A stretch of DNA of 63,798 nt, filler included, from Craspedostauros australis (taxonomy: Eukaryota): NCBI GenBank assembly GCA_030167865.1. It is 11 parts of 11 records of this genome, joined end to end, with 100 filler letters (N's around TTAATTAATTAA, not from the genome) between each part and the next. Parts side by side here need not be neighbours in the genome. Positions count along the whole stretch, not along the records: positions 12,028 to 18,558 come from JALAGF010004832.1; positions 18,659 to 33,100 come from JALAGF010004834.1; 9 more parts are not named here. The stretch is one strand, 5' to 3'. This document shows, one piece after another, positions 12,028 through 24,352 of the stretch; the first letter of the stretch is position 1; each line of letters starts with the position of its first letter. The notes under the pieces are model-generated. The model saw only the letters and a program-made list of their open reading frames with translations. It searched no databases and had not been told where the DNA came from. A program made the translations under genes and the position numbers.

Positions 12028-15000
12028 CATGGTTTTGGATTCCGCATCCATGAGGAATCGATTTGAATTGAAGGTGAACGTTTCTCCTTCGTTGTTGATC
12101 TGGACGCTGACAATCGTGGTGACGGTGGCGAGGTCACGGAAGCCGGGGTCGCAATTGCCTTGGCCGTCGCTGTCGGTACTGTTGTAGAGATTGAGGAAGA
12201 CCTGGACGACGTCATTGACCAGGTCTTCAACCTCTTGGAAAGAGAGGGATGTTTGGCCCGGGGTCGGGTTGCCAAAGTTGGTGTCCGTGAACTGAACGTA
12301 GAATTCCGTGGTGAAGGGTTCACGCGGTGGACATTCATTGACACCAACGATGCAGGCTAATCCGAGGTCCTGTACGTTGATGTTGTACACCGCCATGAGC
12401 TCTGCCTCGGATGGCGATCGTTCCGCGATGGGGGCGATGTCGCAGTAGCAGGTTTCGGTGAGCTCGTTTGTCCTCCTTGGCTTTCTTGAGCCGCTGCTGC
12501 CGCCGCCGCGCGTTGCGGAGTCGGCGCCCAAGGTCCTGCCTGCAGAACTGATGGAGGTGGTCGTGGCATCGTAGGGATGTGTGACGCTGTTGGATGTGCA
12601 GGCACGATTGTCGTTGATGTGGAGTCTGGCATCCGCGGCTGTTCGCTTGAGCACGTTGGTGCTATCATCGCCATCACTATCACCAAGAGTATGACTATCG
12701 CTGTCGCTGCCATTGATACCACCGTCGACATCACCGTCGACATCGCCATCTGCATTAATGCTGCTTCGAAGATGGTCGTTGAGCTGTTCGTTGATGAGGT
12801 CACCCATGCCATGTCCAATATCACTGGTACCATCATAGTCACCGCTATCGTGGGCACCACCATCGTGAGCACCACGATTGGAGGCATGATCGGTGTATTG
12901 CATCTTGCGAGAACGCCTACGACCGGACATGGTGGCGAGCAAGGGCCCCTCGACATAGAGCGTGGTGACAGCCGGATCGCATCCACGGCATCGCAGGGAG
13001 ACGATGGCCTCGATACTGACGGCGATAGATCCGCTGATCTCCTCCGGCACGACCGTAGATCCGTCCGTGATGATACTCGTGAAGGTGACGTTGTTGATGA
13101 CGCGGAAGAAGGGATCGCAGTATCTCTCGGCGACCAGGTCGTTGTAGGTGGTGGCGAAGGTGGTCTCGAGCTCTGGGACGCGAGGGTCGTCGAGGGAGAG
13201 AGATGAAACCTGCTGGTCGTCCTCACAGACCAGGAGCTCGATGGCGATGCGAATGTCGAACACCTGCTCGTCATCGACGGTGTCGGAGCAGTCGATCTCC
13301 TGCACCTCCTGAAGGTTGGTGATGGAGAGAATAGGGTCGATGTTGTTGCTCTGGAGGGTCTCGTTGAGAGCGTTGAGGATCTGCTGCTCCGTGACACCTT
13401 CCTGCGTTGCGTTGGCACTGCAGAGACAGTCGATGTCTGGGTTGATGGTGTCGTCAGGGCCACTCTGCAGAGAGCGATGGTCGGCGATGGCAGACTGCAG
13501 CTGGCGATGGTTGTTGATATTGAGCGGCGGACCGAATGGACTGTCTTCGGGTTGGAAGCCAGTTCCGGCTCCAGCATTGGTATATGTACTTTCCTTCGCC
13601 TTGTGGGCGTTGATAGCTTTGAGGATGTCGGCAAAGCGTGGGTCTTCTTCGTGGTGTTGAGATGGGGTGAACTCCTCGGCCGTCCAGGATGAGTAGCCAT
13701 ATTCGCCTTCAATGTTGCTGTTGTCAGCACTGTCGTCGTAGGTATCACCTTCTTCGTTGAGCGCACGGCCGCGACGAACCGTGACAAAGTCGACGTCGTC
13801 GTAGAGCAGCGTGCCCGATTCGCAGCTGAAGCAAAAGAAGGTGTAGATTGAGATGTAGGTGGAGACACCAATAGAGGCGCTGAAGTCAGTAGAAGTTTGC
13901 ATGTTGCGATGGCCGTGGAATGAAGGATCCTTGTTGGAATCTTGGAGACGGCGGCTGTAGCCTTCGACGACCTGCACCAGCTCGACGTTGATGACGCGTC
14001 TGAAGAAGGGGTCGCAGGACTGGTCGTTGAGCGCGCCGCTGTTTTGCGCGTTGTACTCGTTCATTAGATCATCCTCGAACTGCTCCACCTGTCCGTCTGT
14101 GAGACCACCACCGGCCGTGGAAGACAGTGATGGGTCGATCTGGATGGTGACTAGGACGGTGGCGGTACGGGTCTCGAAGTCGTCGGCGGTGCATGCGGTG
14201 GAGGGGTCCACGAGGACGAGAGAGAGGATGGCGTCGATACCGATGGTAGCGGCGGTTTGGATGGCGGCGTCGTACTCGTTGATGACGGCAGAGATAGTTG
14301 GTGGAAAGCAAATGCACTCCTTTGAACCATTTTCCGACTTGGACATCTTGGTGCTGGTGCCCGTGCCTTTCGGCATGGGCGATCCCGCCTTGGATTGTTT
14401 CTGCGATTCGGAAGGCACGGAGGAAGGTGATTCCATTTTGCTGCTCTTTCCGAACGGTGCTGCAGTGGTGTCCGGTCCAGGCGCTGGTCCATTGGGATCA
14501 GTGGAACCAGTTGGAGCCGACGTGGGTTCTGAGAACCTGGATGCCTTGACGCTCTTGGCGCCCTGCGTGGACTTGGGAGCTTGTCCGTCGGGTGTCTCGC
14601 CATCTCCATCCCCTTCTCCACTAGCGCCAGTGCCAGCGTTGTCGTCACCGCTGTTGGCCTTGGTCTCCTTCTTTCTGTTGCCACTTCTGTCCTTGTCCTT
14701 GCTATCGTCGCTCTTTGTGTTGAGCGAGCGTCTGTGCAGAAGGGAGAAGGAGACGCCATTGTGGATGCGCTCCTTCGAACCGTCCAGGTGTCGTCGTGGC
14801 TCGAGGCGGCCGCGCTTTCTCCGTGGTCGTGATGATGGTGCGGAGGGTTCAATTGCGTCTTCGACATCGTTGTCATCTCGCAGATCATCGGAGAGGCCGT
14901 ACATGGCGGATCTCTCCACTCCAGGTTGCTTGTTGTCCTTTGCCCCGCTGCCTCTGTGTGGTTGGTGGTTGCCTACATCTACCTGCACATCTGTGTTTGC

Positions 15001-15714
15001 CTGTGTGTTTGCATATGTCTGCGTCTGATGATGGGCTTTGACGCGAGGTTTGGCAGTTGCAACTGTATCAGTAGCTGCCTTGCCGGAAGACCCTTCCTGA
15101 TGCTGCCACATCTGCATCATGCGACGCTGAGTCTGATCCAGGATAGATGGATCGATCTGGTCGATAAAGACAGGCCCGCTGTCACCGCCAATATCAGGAC
15201 AACCGACGCACTCTCCTTCCATGAAGATGAGGAAGTCAATTTCCTCGGCCTCTTCCGCATCCTGCAGCCTGCGACCGCCATTCGCGGATGGATCAGTGAC
15301 GATGAAGGTGGAGCCAATGCTGGACCTCAGGATGGACATGGACGTGAGAGTGTAGAAAGCCCCATTTTGGGCGCAGCTGGCCACGGCGTTGTACGCATCG
15401 ACGAAGTTGGTCTCCAGCAGAGTGCGGACATCCTCAGCGTTGTTCAGGAGAGTGTTGCGACGCGCGAGGACGGTCAGAATGGCGTACTGGCTGATAGGAG
15501 TTGGATCGTCGGTGTTGATGCACGTTCCATCATCTTTCGGGTCTCTGCGAGCGATGGGTGGAAAGGCGTCGGAGTCGTTGGCCTTTTTCATCTTCTTGGT
15601 CGGCTTGGTGACTTTCTTCGGATGTTTCGTTGCCGTTGCCGTTGCCATCGTCACCGTGATCACCATGGCTATCATGGCCATCATGGCAACGACAGAGACA
15701 GCGAGCATCTTCAT
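12028..15714 (-). CDS. Large secreted modular precursor with repeated CDPFFR/CxxC/CxC modules and many RXL sites (candidate silica or cell-surface protein); C-terminus cut by the contig end
   Basis: Signal peptide MKMLAVSVVAMMAMIAMVITVTMATATAT; Lys cluster KHPKKVTKPTKKMKK; RRLQ x2, RRHL, RRSL, RALN, RQLQ, RSLQ, RTLG, RFLM; >1200 codons open. Confidence 0.85.
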
Positions 15715-17959
15715 GGTGCTGTCGCTGATGATCGATGCACAATTCGAAGAAGCAATTCGATAAAGCAAGGCGAGATAACGAAATTGTCTTGCTCCATCTG
15801 TGGTGGCAGCAGCTGCTCCAGCGTCGTGTGATCCGTTGGATCTCTTCAGCGTCTCACAACCCAGCTTGCATGCGCCCTCCTGCTTGCTCGACTTTCGTCT
15901 TTTATCTTTCCTTGTGTGGTCTATCTCCAAGGCGATTTGTGGTCCGGAGCGTGTGTCCCACCAGGCAAGCACCGCAACTCAATTCGAGGCAGACGCCAGA
16001 GAGTAATGCTCTCTGCTCTGGAGAGAGAGAGAGTACTCCAGTCGGCTTCTACGTTGGTTCCGAAGCTGGTTTCAACTTTCGACAAAGACAGAGCCAAGCG
16101 CGAACGGTGAGAATGCGCAAAGGCTGCCGCTGGCTGACACGCAACCCACCTGCCTCGGTGCCTTGGCTATGCTGATAGCGCAGGACGTCCTTCGCTTTCT
16201 CGTGCCTGTAGTTTGTGGGTTCGTGGCACCTTCCGTAATTGTTCCGAGCCTTGCCTTGGGGCTCTATCCCGTGGAATTGCGATGGCATGTATGGCAAGTA
16301 CCACTAGTGCGCAGCGCCATGGGTTGCATCCATTGTCATTGTCAGCAACGCTGCTGTTTGTTTGCGTTGCTCTCTAAAGTTCATTATTTCGCGGCATCAT
16401 GTTCAGACTGTTCACAACGGTCAGAACAGCCAATCATGAGGGCACACCACCTTTTTTCATTTGTTCTTCTGCCGATTGATTCATCACTGTGCGCCGCGCC
16501 TCAGTGAGGTTACTATGGCAGCAACGAGCACCCTCACGAGCCACACACAAACAATGATGTTCTGCTCGCCAACGCGCACGCCACAAGGAGACAAGTGCCA
16601 ATAGGACAGAGTGTGCGGATCGATGTTGTGCGCCATGAGAGACTGACTGTATTGATTAGATTGGGAGTTGAGGTCTGGCTCGCCTTGCTCTGCGCGCTGT
16701 ACGTGCGTCGGTTAGACGAGTCACGTGCGTGACTTGAATCAATCAACAACACGCCAACAAACGAGAACAAGAATCCATCACCAACAACAACCAAGAGAGA
16801 CGTGCTCACCACAACACAGCACACTGACCACACCATGGTCTCCGACCACCACGATGCTCGTACAAGCACACTTCCCTCCACTCGTCCGACTGTTGGTACA
16901 AACACCTCCGAGATGATGAGCGCGGTCTTCGCTACTTCAATTCCGCCGCCTGAACAAGGCAGACACACGCATTGCGCGGACAAGTTCAGATGAGAGGTCG
17001 GACCACGCATCATGTGGAAGATGCGCGCGATCTCTTGGCGTCGACTTCGGTTCCGCGTATCTATCGTTCGATGATGCCAATCCCCAAGTCGTCAAGCTGA
17101 AGCACTGAGCAAGACTGCGGCGAATTCATCCTGACGTGTGGAAAGCAACGGCTTGGCAGCGAAGCATCGCATGGCACCAATGCACTGGGCACGAGCCGCA
17201 TTGCTTTGGACGCTAGAGTAGTGGCCAACCCCGCCAAGTGGTTGGACCGCATCAAGCCTCGCGTACTCCGCCGGCGGTGAACGATCGCATAAGGCATGAC
17301 CAAAGTGCAATTGGTGAGGCGAATGGTTCTTGCTTCGTTGCTTGGCTCATCTGCTGCCCCAATGGCTGGCCCGACCAACAAAGCAAACGCTCGTGTATCA
17401 CGAGACACCAGTGGTAAATGCGACGAGTATGAGTGTGAATCCAGTGGAGGCTCCATGGTGCTGACTCCAAGGCACCAGCTTGACGGCACTCATATCCCAT
17501 GCTCCTCGCCCACCTGCACTCACATTCACAACCATCTCGTTTCCCCGTCGCATCAAAACGCCGCTCAACTGAACTTCACAATGATCGAGTGATCGGTTGA
17601 TGTCGTGGTAGTTCCGCTTGTGACACTCTCTTCGGCACGTGCAAACCAACTTTCGTCTTTTCACTCAACACAAGCGTTGGCGTCGAATTGATGCATGACT
17701 TGGCATGTGCGATGCGGCATTGGATTGATCATTCGTCATCTTCTTGCACCGCGACTACTCGTACAGGTCTCACTCCATTCGAGTCTGAAGGCTCTCTTGT
17801 TTAAGTAATATAGAGAATATCTAATTGGTATCGAATCGCTCAGCCTTTGTCATCTGCGCTACTCCACTGCATGACGTGTTCGCTCCTCAAGCGCAGTTGC
17901 TGGAGTGAACTACTTCACTTCTCTTCCTTGGCAGTGCCGTCCGCCACAATCACTTCGGA

Positions 17960-18558
17960 TCAATTGGTTCTCATAGAGCGCACGAAGTCCACCAATGTCG
18001 CCCGATCCATGTATGAATCCACTTGTGCTGTACCCTCATCCTCATCTATAACCTCGTGCAGCTCCATCATGGACATGCAACTGTACTCATCATCAATGCC
18101 ATCACTCTCCATTCTCCTACTGCAGCGGGCCTGGACCTCCCGCAGCAGTAGAGGCTGTTGGAATAGCTTGGTGAAATCTGGATCAGTGAACATGGTTTGT
18201 GTGTCTTCAGCTGTCATTCTCGTTGCTGCATCCTTCAACACCACGCAGTTGTGTTGATCGGCAAATATCAATGCGTCTATCAAGGTGTCCTCTGTGAGAT
18301 GCTTGCGGGCCAACTCTGCTTCAAGAGCAAGCTTGAGTCGCTAGAAGCCGAACTCGTTGGCCACCAGGATCAGCTGTTGCGGATAGTCCTGTCCATTGAG
18401 GATGGGAGTTGACTGCTGTGCGTCACCAGTATTGGCGTTGTCTTCATGAGTGCTGTTGTCGAAGGATATCTCACCTGTGTAGATGCATTGGAGGACGTAT
18501 CGGACGTGTTTTGGTTGAAGGTTGGGAAGAGGGATGGTTGTTTGGATGGGGGCTGCAC
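17960..18558 (-). pseudogene. BTB/POZ (SPOP-like BTB-BACK) protein, C-terminal part, with an in-frame stop
   Basis: VRYVLQCIYTG...LILVANEFGF*RLKLALEAEL...LIDALIFADQHNCVVLKDAA; TAG at ~18342-18344. Confidence 0.75.
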
Positions 18559-18658
18559 NNNNNNNNNNNNNNNNNNNNNNNNNNNNNNNNNNNNNNNNNN
18601 NNTTAATTAATTAANNNNNNNNNNNNNNNNNNNNNNNNNNNNNNNNNNNNNNNNNNNN

Positions 18659-19381
18659 GGACGTCAGATCTGCGTGACCATGTGCTTCTTCATCATCGCC
18701 CGTGTCACCACTCTTGATGTCGAGGTGGGCGAAGGCGAGAACATCTTCGGAGTCTCCGACAGCACCCAGGAATTCTTCAACACCGGACTTCTCGGAGCTC
18801 TCATCACCACCATCATCGCCTCCATCACATGGCAGCTGGTCGCATCCGTCTTCCCAATCGCCTTCCTTTCCAACCCAATCGTCTACATCTTCCTNNNNNN
18901 NNNNNNNNNNNNNNNNNNNNNNNNNNNNNNNNNNNNNNNNNNNNNNNNNNNNNNNNNNNNNNNNNNNNNNNNNNNNNNNNNNNNNNNNNNNNNNNNNNNN
19001 GGCACCCCAGAGGAGCGCGCCGCCGGCATGAAGCCAGACCACAAGAGCAACCGCAACCTGCACCTTGGAACCAACGTCCTTGTCAATGAGGCTGGTGCCG
19101 GAAAGGTCCCACAGGAGTACCTTCACCTGCAGAGAATGCTTGCCACACCCAAGGAGACCTTCACCGAGCGACGCCGACGAATGGAAGCCAACATCCAGGG
19201 ACTTCGTGAGGAGATCGATGGTGCCAAGACCAAGACCGAGGCAGACATCTACGAGCAAGCCCTCGAGATGGAGATGGCTGCCTTGAAGAAGCTGGACTCG
19301 GAGCAGGCCAATGCCACCGACACCCAGCGCTACGAGGAGGACCTTGCGCTCCAGGAGGAGCAAGCCGAGATCGAGGCCTAG
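18659..19381 (+). CDS. SIT: Diatom silicon transporter, C-terminal fragment
   Basis: GXQ motif GRQICVTMCFFIIARVTT; FFNTGLLGALITTIIASITWQLVASVFPIAFLSNP; GTPEERAA; coiled-coil tail. Confidence 0.95.
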   Translation, partial: GRQICVTMCFFIIARVTTLDVEVGEGENIFGVSDSTQEFFNTGLLGALITTIIASITWQLVASVFPIAFLSNPIVYIFXXXXXXXXXXXXXXXXXXXXXXXXXXXXXXXXXXXXGTPEERAAGMKPDHKSNRNLHLGTNVLVNEAGAGKVPQEYLHLQRMLATPKETFTERRRRMEANIQGLREEIDGAKTKTEADIYEQALEMEMAALKKLDSEQANATDTQRYEEDLALQEEQAEIEA

Positions 19382-20067
19382 GCGTCGCATCGACCCATCC
19401 CATCTCGCGAGTTGTGACACTCTCCTCCATCCCGCTTGCCTTGCCCACATCGCAGCCGGACCCCAGCACACACATCCACGGATGCAGCTGTTGCACAGAT
19501 CTTTGCTTCACACGCAAGCAAATCAATCGCACTCCACGTATCCACAATAACCCGCTCAAACATGAACCCAGAGCAACGAATACGCACGCTTAAAAATATA
19601 TTTAACACCATTCGAACTGGTTTCCGGTACTGTCGCTATCAGTGTTCGGTAGCATGTTGGTGTTGCATGCCATTAATCGGTAAGTAGAAGGTGAACGTTG
19701 CAAGCGCGTGTACAACTGAGCCATTCTCCACATTGGTACATGCGAGTATGAGCTCAGTTGGCAACGCTCGAGTATGATGCTGGTCTCCTGCGAGGATGCT
19801 GTCGACGAGCGCGCGCACGAGTGGAGTATGCATACTATGTTACTATTCCGTAGGGTGCTCGAACATGTTATTTCACCCCACTTCCTTGCATGCGTTGGAA
19901 TGCTCGCCGAGTGTGGCATGCTCCGACTGGAGTAGGACGCGCGCAGAATGCAGGATGATATCAATGCTCGTACTCTACCCGACTTTCTCTCTCTGGAGAG
20001 AGCGAGAGAGGGTGCACGAGAGCATTGGTGTCTGCACACACGCTGTAACAGTTGCACGTTGATCAGG

Positions 20068-20643
20068 TCAGAACTCTGCTTCTTCGGTAATGGCCGCCGC
20101 AGCTGCCTCTGCCGCCGCCGAATCCGCTCCCCCCATGGCATCAATCGCAGCTTCCAACGGCGACGCATCATTCATGGCACCTCCGACTTCTGCCTGCTGC
20201 TGTTGTCCCTCGCCATCTACAATCGCCTTCGCCGCCAGGAGCGCCTGGGCGAACGCCGCCTCCTCCGTCGCATGCTCCGTCGTGTAGAAGTAGGTCCACA
20301 CGAGAAGCATCAGCGCCAAGGCGTTGAAGACGCCCCCGAAGAGAATCTTGTTGCCGTAGGATTCATCTGCGACGCCCAAGAAGGTCTGGCAGTAGACGTA
20401 CGGCACGAAGGTGATGACGTTGAGGCCAAAGATTATGCCGGACGCGTGGCTGGTGCTGGTGCGCATCAAGCCCAAGTACGCGCCGTAGAAGATGGCCAGG
20501 AAGCAACGGAACCAGATGATCATGTCGGGAAGCTCTGGGAACGTCTCCGCCGTGGGTTTCGAGTTGATGGACAGGAATTTCGACAGCAACGTCGGCTCTG
20601 TGCTGCTGCTGCTGCCGCCTTGGCTGTTGCTTTTGGATGGCAT
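20068..20643 (-). CDS. Rab5-interacting protein/EMC6-family small membrane protein
   Basis: DMIIWFRCFLAIFYG, YVYCQTFLGVADESYG, ALALMLLVWTYFYT; about three TM segments. Confidence 0.75.
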   Translation of the reverse strand: MPSKSNSQGGSSSSTEPTLLSKFLSINSKPTAETFPELPDMIIWFRCFLAIFYGAYLGLMRTSTSHASGIIFGLNVITFVPYVYCQTFLGVADESYGNKILFGGVFNALALMLLVWTYFYTTEHATEEAAFAQALLAAKAIVDGEGQQQQAEVGGAMNDASPLEAAIDAMGGADSAAAEAAAAAITEEAEF

Positions 20644-21643
20644 GGTTAGCGCAGTAGGAGGAAGGGGAAGGGAAAAGGGACTCGTCGTGTATCCTCCTTG
20701 TGTTTGCTCGCAGTTGTCTTGTGATGCTCTCTCTCTCTACAGAGTATTATTATATAATAGGTCGTATTGCACAAAATTGCACCAATGCAATGCCCGCTTG
20801 GCTTCAATTGTTCCTTGCTTCACGCACGAAGATGAGATGCTGGTGGGGTACTCTCTGCAGAGTGATTGTGCTGCTCGGTACGACTCTCTCTCTGGGTTGT
20901 GTGGTACTACGAGCTGGCGCAACACTCAACTTTGCTCTACTCTGCAGCTTGTACCGCTGATGTTGCACAAATAGAATAGAATATAATAGAATATATTCTC
21001 ATAGAATATGATGGAAGTATTGGTATCCGCGGTGTAGCGCACCTTTGGTGAGATGATGTGGTTTTGTGGAGATCCATCATCATCCATCATCATCCATCAT
21101 CATCCATCATCATCCATCAACGCTGCTGACAGGCTTCCCTTTTCGTTCATGTTGTGCACTTTTTGGTGTTTGGGGATCTTTTGGGCCGGGTGGCACGTTG
21201 GGAAAAGATTCAGTGTTGGTTCGTCCGCCATCCGTCAAACTGCGGAGCAATCGACCAGTCCGACCAATTCCTTTCTTTTCGCTTGTTGGCGGAAACGTGG
21301 AACTGGATACTCGCGAACACATGAGATCTTCGTCTCGGCATCTTTTGTTGATGTGATGTGTTGATTGTTGGCGTACGATCCATTGTTGGGGAGCAACCCG
21401 ATCGCAGGTACGTCGCGACAAGCCTTTGCATAGGATGGCATGGTACGACTACGAGCTTCGTGTACGCGCATGTATGCATGGCATTGGCGCAAGACTTGTG
21501 CCACAAAGGAGGGTGATGCAAGGGAGCACGAAATGATTCAAGCATTCTCCAGAGAGTACTCGCAGACTTGGGCACTAACGATGTTAACTTGTCGAACCAT
21601 GCCGTGCACTCTCATGCAATACCATGAACTGACGCTCCATCTG

Positions 21644-24352
21644 CTAATCGAGAAGAAGCGTCGCGAAGAGAGCAGTGGCGGCGACCAATGAGATTGCGTT
21701 GCGAGCCACGACGCCTCCGGATGTTGGTGCGGCGGTCGGAACACTGGTTGGTGTGCCGGTCGCGGATTTGGTTGGAACGTTGGAGGGAGAGCTGGAAGGG
21801 GCGTTGGATGGAGCCATGCTGACAGCTGTGTCGCTGCCACCGATGCTGGAAAGGTCCACGGTCTCGCCTGTCGCAGTGACCAGGAGCTGCGTGGAGTACA
21901 CGTCGAGCGGGGGGTCGCGTAGGATCTGTACCTCCTTGGCGAAGTTGACAAGAGACTGGCCGTACTCAATGAAGGTGTTGGTGTACGCGGATGGATCGGA
22001 CTTGTCGATCTCTCCGAATGTCAAGTATCCGTCACGGGGAGCGGCAATAAAATCGTTGGTGACGACGGTGTAATTTTTCATCATGTCAATGGGGCTCCAC
22101 GAATCCTCTTCCAGACGGATGTTCACCTCAAGCTCGCTGATGCGTTCGTTGGTCGGCATGGTGGAGTTATTCTTCCATCGCAATCCGGCGCTCACGGGGA
22201 ACGCGCCAGTGCTACCGCCAGCATCCAACGTGAAACTCAGGGCGTCCTCGAGCACTTGCTTGATCTGCGCGCCCGTCATTTTGAGAATCACGAGGGTGTT
22301 GGTGAAGGGCAGGACGGTGAAGGCATCACCGAATGTGAACTCTCCCTCCTCAATGGACGTGCGGCAGCCTCCGGAGTTCTGGATCGCGACGTCGGCCGTT
22401 GGGACGTTGTACAGGAAGCCCTGCGCGACCAGGAGGCAAACCCCTCCGCCGACGAAGGTCCGCTCTGGTTTATCGGAGCATGCGGCATCATAAAATCCAC
22501 CGCGCGTGTGGCAAAGGGTCGTCTCAGCCGTGGCGATCGTCTCAGCCTCACGATCGCCAACCTGATCACGGAATGGACGGATGGCATCCACCGTATCCTG
22601 GTCTTCTCCTGTGTTCACAACGGCGATGTTTTGGAGCAGGACGCTCGTGACGATGGCAGCATCAGACGCATTCAGGTTCTTGCGATCGAACGGAGAATTC
22701 TCATCGCGAATCTGGTACGTATCTGGGTTGATGGACACGTACGTTTGCCCGTTGCATTGCACCACGTTGCCGTCCTCGTCGAAGTCCACGTCGACCCGGC
22801 TGATGACCTTGAAGTACTCCCAGCTGTGCACGATGCAAACACCGTTGACTAGCTCTGCGTACGCAGAGCGCGGAGTGAATCCGAGCGATGTGAGCGCATT
22901 CCCTCCCATCAACGTGTGAGAATGGCCACCAATGATGACATCCACTCCGTCGATCATGGACAACATGGAGGCGTCGACGCCGTAACCAACATGAGAGAGC
23001 AGGGCGATCATGGTAATGTTCTTTGTCTTCAGTTCATTGACGCAGGCCGTGGCCGACGCCACTTCATCGTCGAGCGTCGTCCCCTCGTCAGGGAAGGAGG
23101 AACGTTCGGTGGAGAGCTTCGTGGTGACACCGCAAATACCAAGCTTCTTTCCATTGGGGAGGTCCTTGATGATGTGGCTCGCAATGGATTTGTCCCCCAA
23201 GTCGTTGAGCGAAGAGTTGGGTCCGGGACGGACTGGATGTGGATTCAACAGAGAAAGTGAAGTCAAGTGATGTGCAGCGAAGTACGACAACGATGAGAGG
23301 GATAAACAGGGGCATGAGGGGGGTTGGTGGATTGTGTGATTGGGACGGAGAATGAAGTGGCGAGTGAAGTATTTCGCCGGACGATGGTGACAACGATAGC
23401 AGCGGCAGCAGCAACACCGACGGGCAATTGACTGTGCGTCGTGGAGTGGACGCGTTTGTCCTCATCATGTAGTAGCATTGGACAGATACTTGCGCAAATG
23501 CAAGGCTACTTACTGTTGCTGGAGATGGTTGGCATCGTCAAATTCTGGATCAGATTGGCCAACACGCTGTCTCCCCCGTCAAATTCGTGATTGCCCACAG
23601 CGAACACGTCAAGGCCGGCGGCGTTCATCACGGCAGCGTCTGGCAGGACACCAAAGAAGGTGTAGTAAAGGGTGCCAGTCAGGGCGTCGCCAGCGTGCAA
23701 GCAGAATGCGTCCCGCCCCTCATCGGTTGCGTTGGCCTTGAGTTGCTTCATCAATGCAACAGATCGGGGTGCCCCGCCTGGATATTGGTTGGATGAAGCA
23801 GACAACGACGATTGCCATGCCAGATAGCCGATGCGCATGAAGTACGAGAATTGGGATGTATAACTCGTACATGATATTGTACAAGCGACGGTCAAAGAAG
23901 TGACAAGGGGTGAGGAAAAATGAAGCAATGGGACAGACGAAGGGGCTTGGATAAGCACGGCTCGTGGCATGGATACGATTACATATTGCGATGGAATTCG
24001 TGTATTCGTACGCATGGCTGGGATGCTTGGCTTGTACGAATGAACTATTTACTATGTTTCATACTATAATGGGATACACGGGCGACCACCAATGCAGATC
24101 CCGTATCAGTCCACAATCACGACGATGATCGGATCGCACTCCATTGCCGAACTCACCATACCGCGCACGCAGCCTCGTCACGTTGACAGAGAGACCGAGA
24201 GGCACATTATCACCTCGCAAATCGAATGTCTGCTCATCCACATGCGAGTGATGGTCGTTCATGTGGATGAAACTGACGGAAGACCCTTGTCCCATGGTTG
24301 CTGGGACGACCATGAGGGCGACCAAGCCCCGCACGAGGAGAGATTGGAACAT
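21644..24352 (-). CDS. Secreted, probably GPI-anchored 5'-nucleotidase (UshA/CD73 family). Exons 24352-24157, 23777-23514, 23232-21644
   Basis: Signal peptide; metallophosphoesterase motifs HMNDHHSH, HAGD, GNHEFD, LSHVG, GGHSH; QNSGGCR and VLPFTN in the C-domain; PTS stalk and hydrophobic tail; two in-frame GT-AG introns. Confidence 0.92.

Noticed and set aside
12357..15831. Long alternative-frame and antisense ORFs (12357-13871, 13988-15028, 14926-15831; likewise 27028-28032 and 57234-58319)
   Set aside because: Shadows of real genes caused by codon bias; no motifs
12028..19381. Silicification gene cluster (RXL precursor next to SIT)
   Set aside because: An artificial spacer at 18603 separates them, so the adjacency is not evidence of linkage
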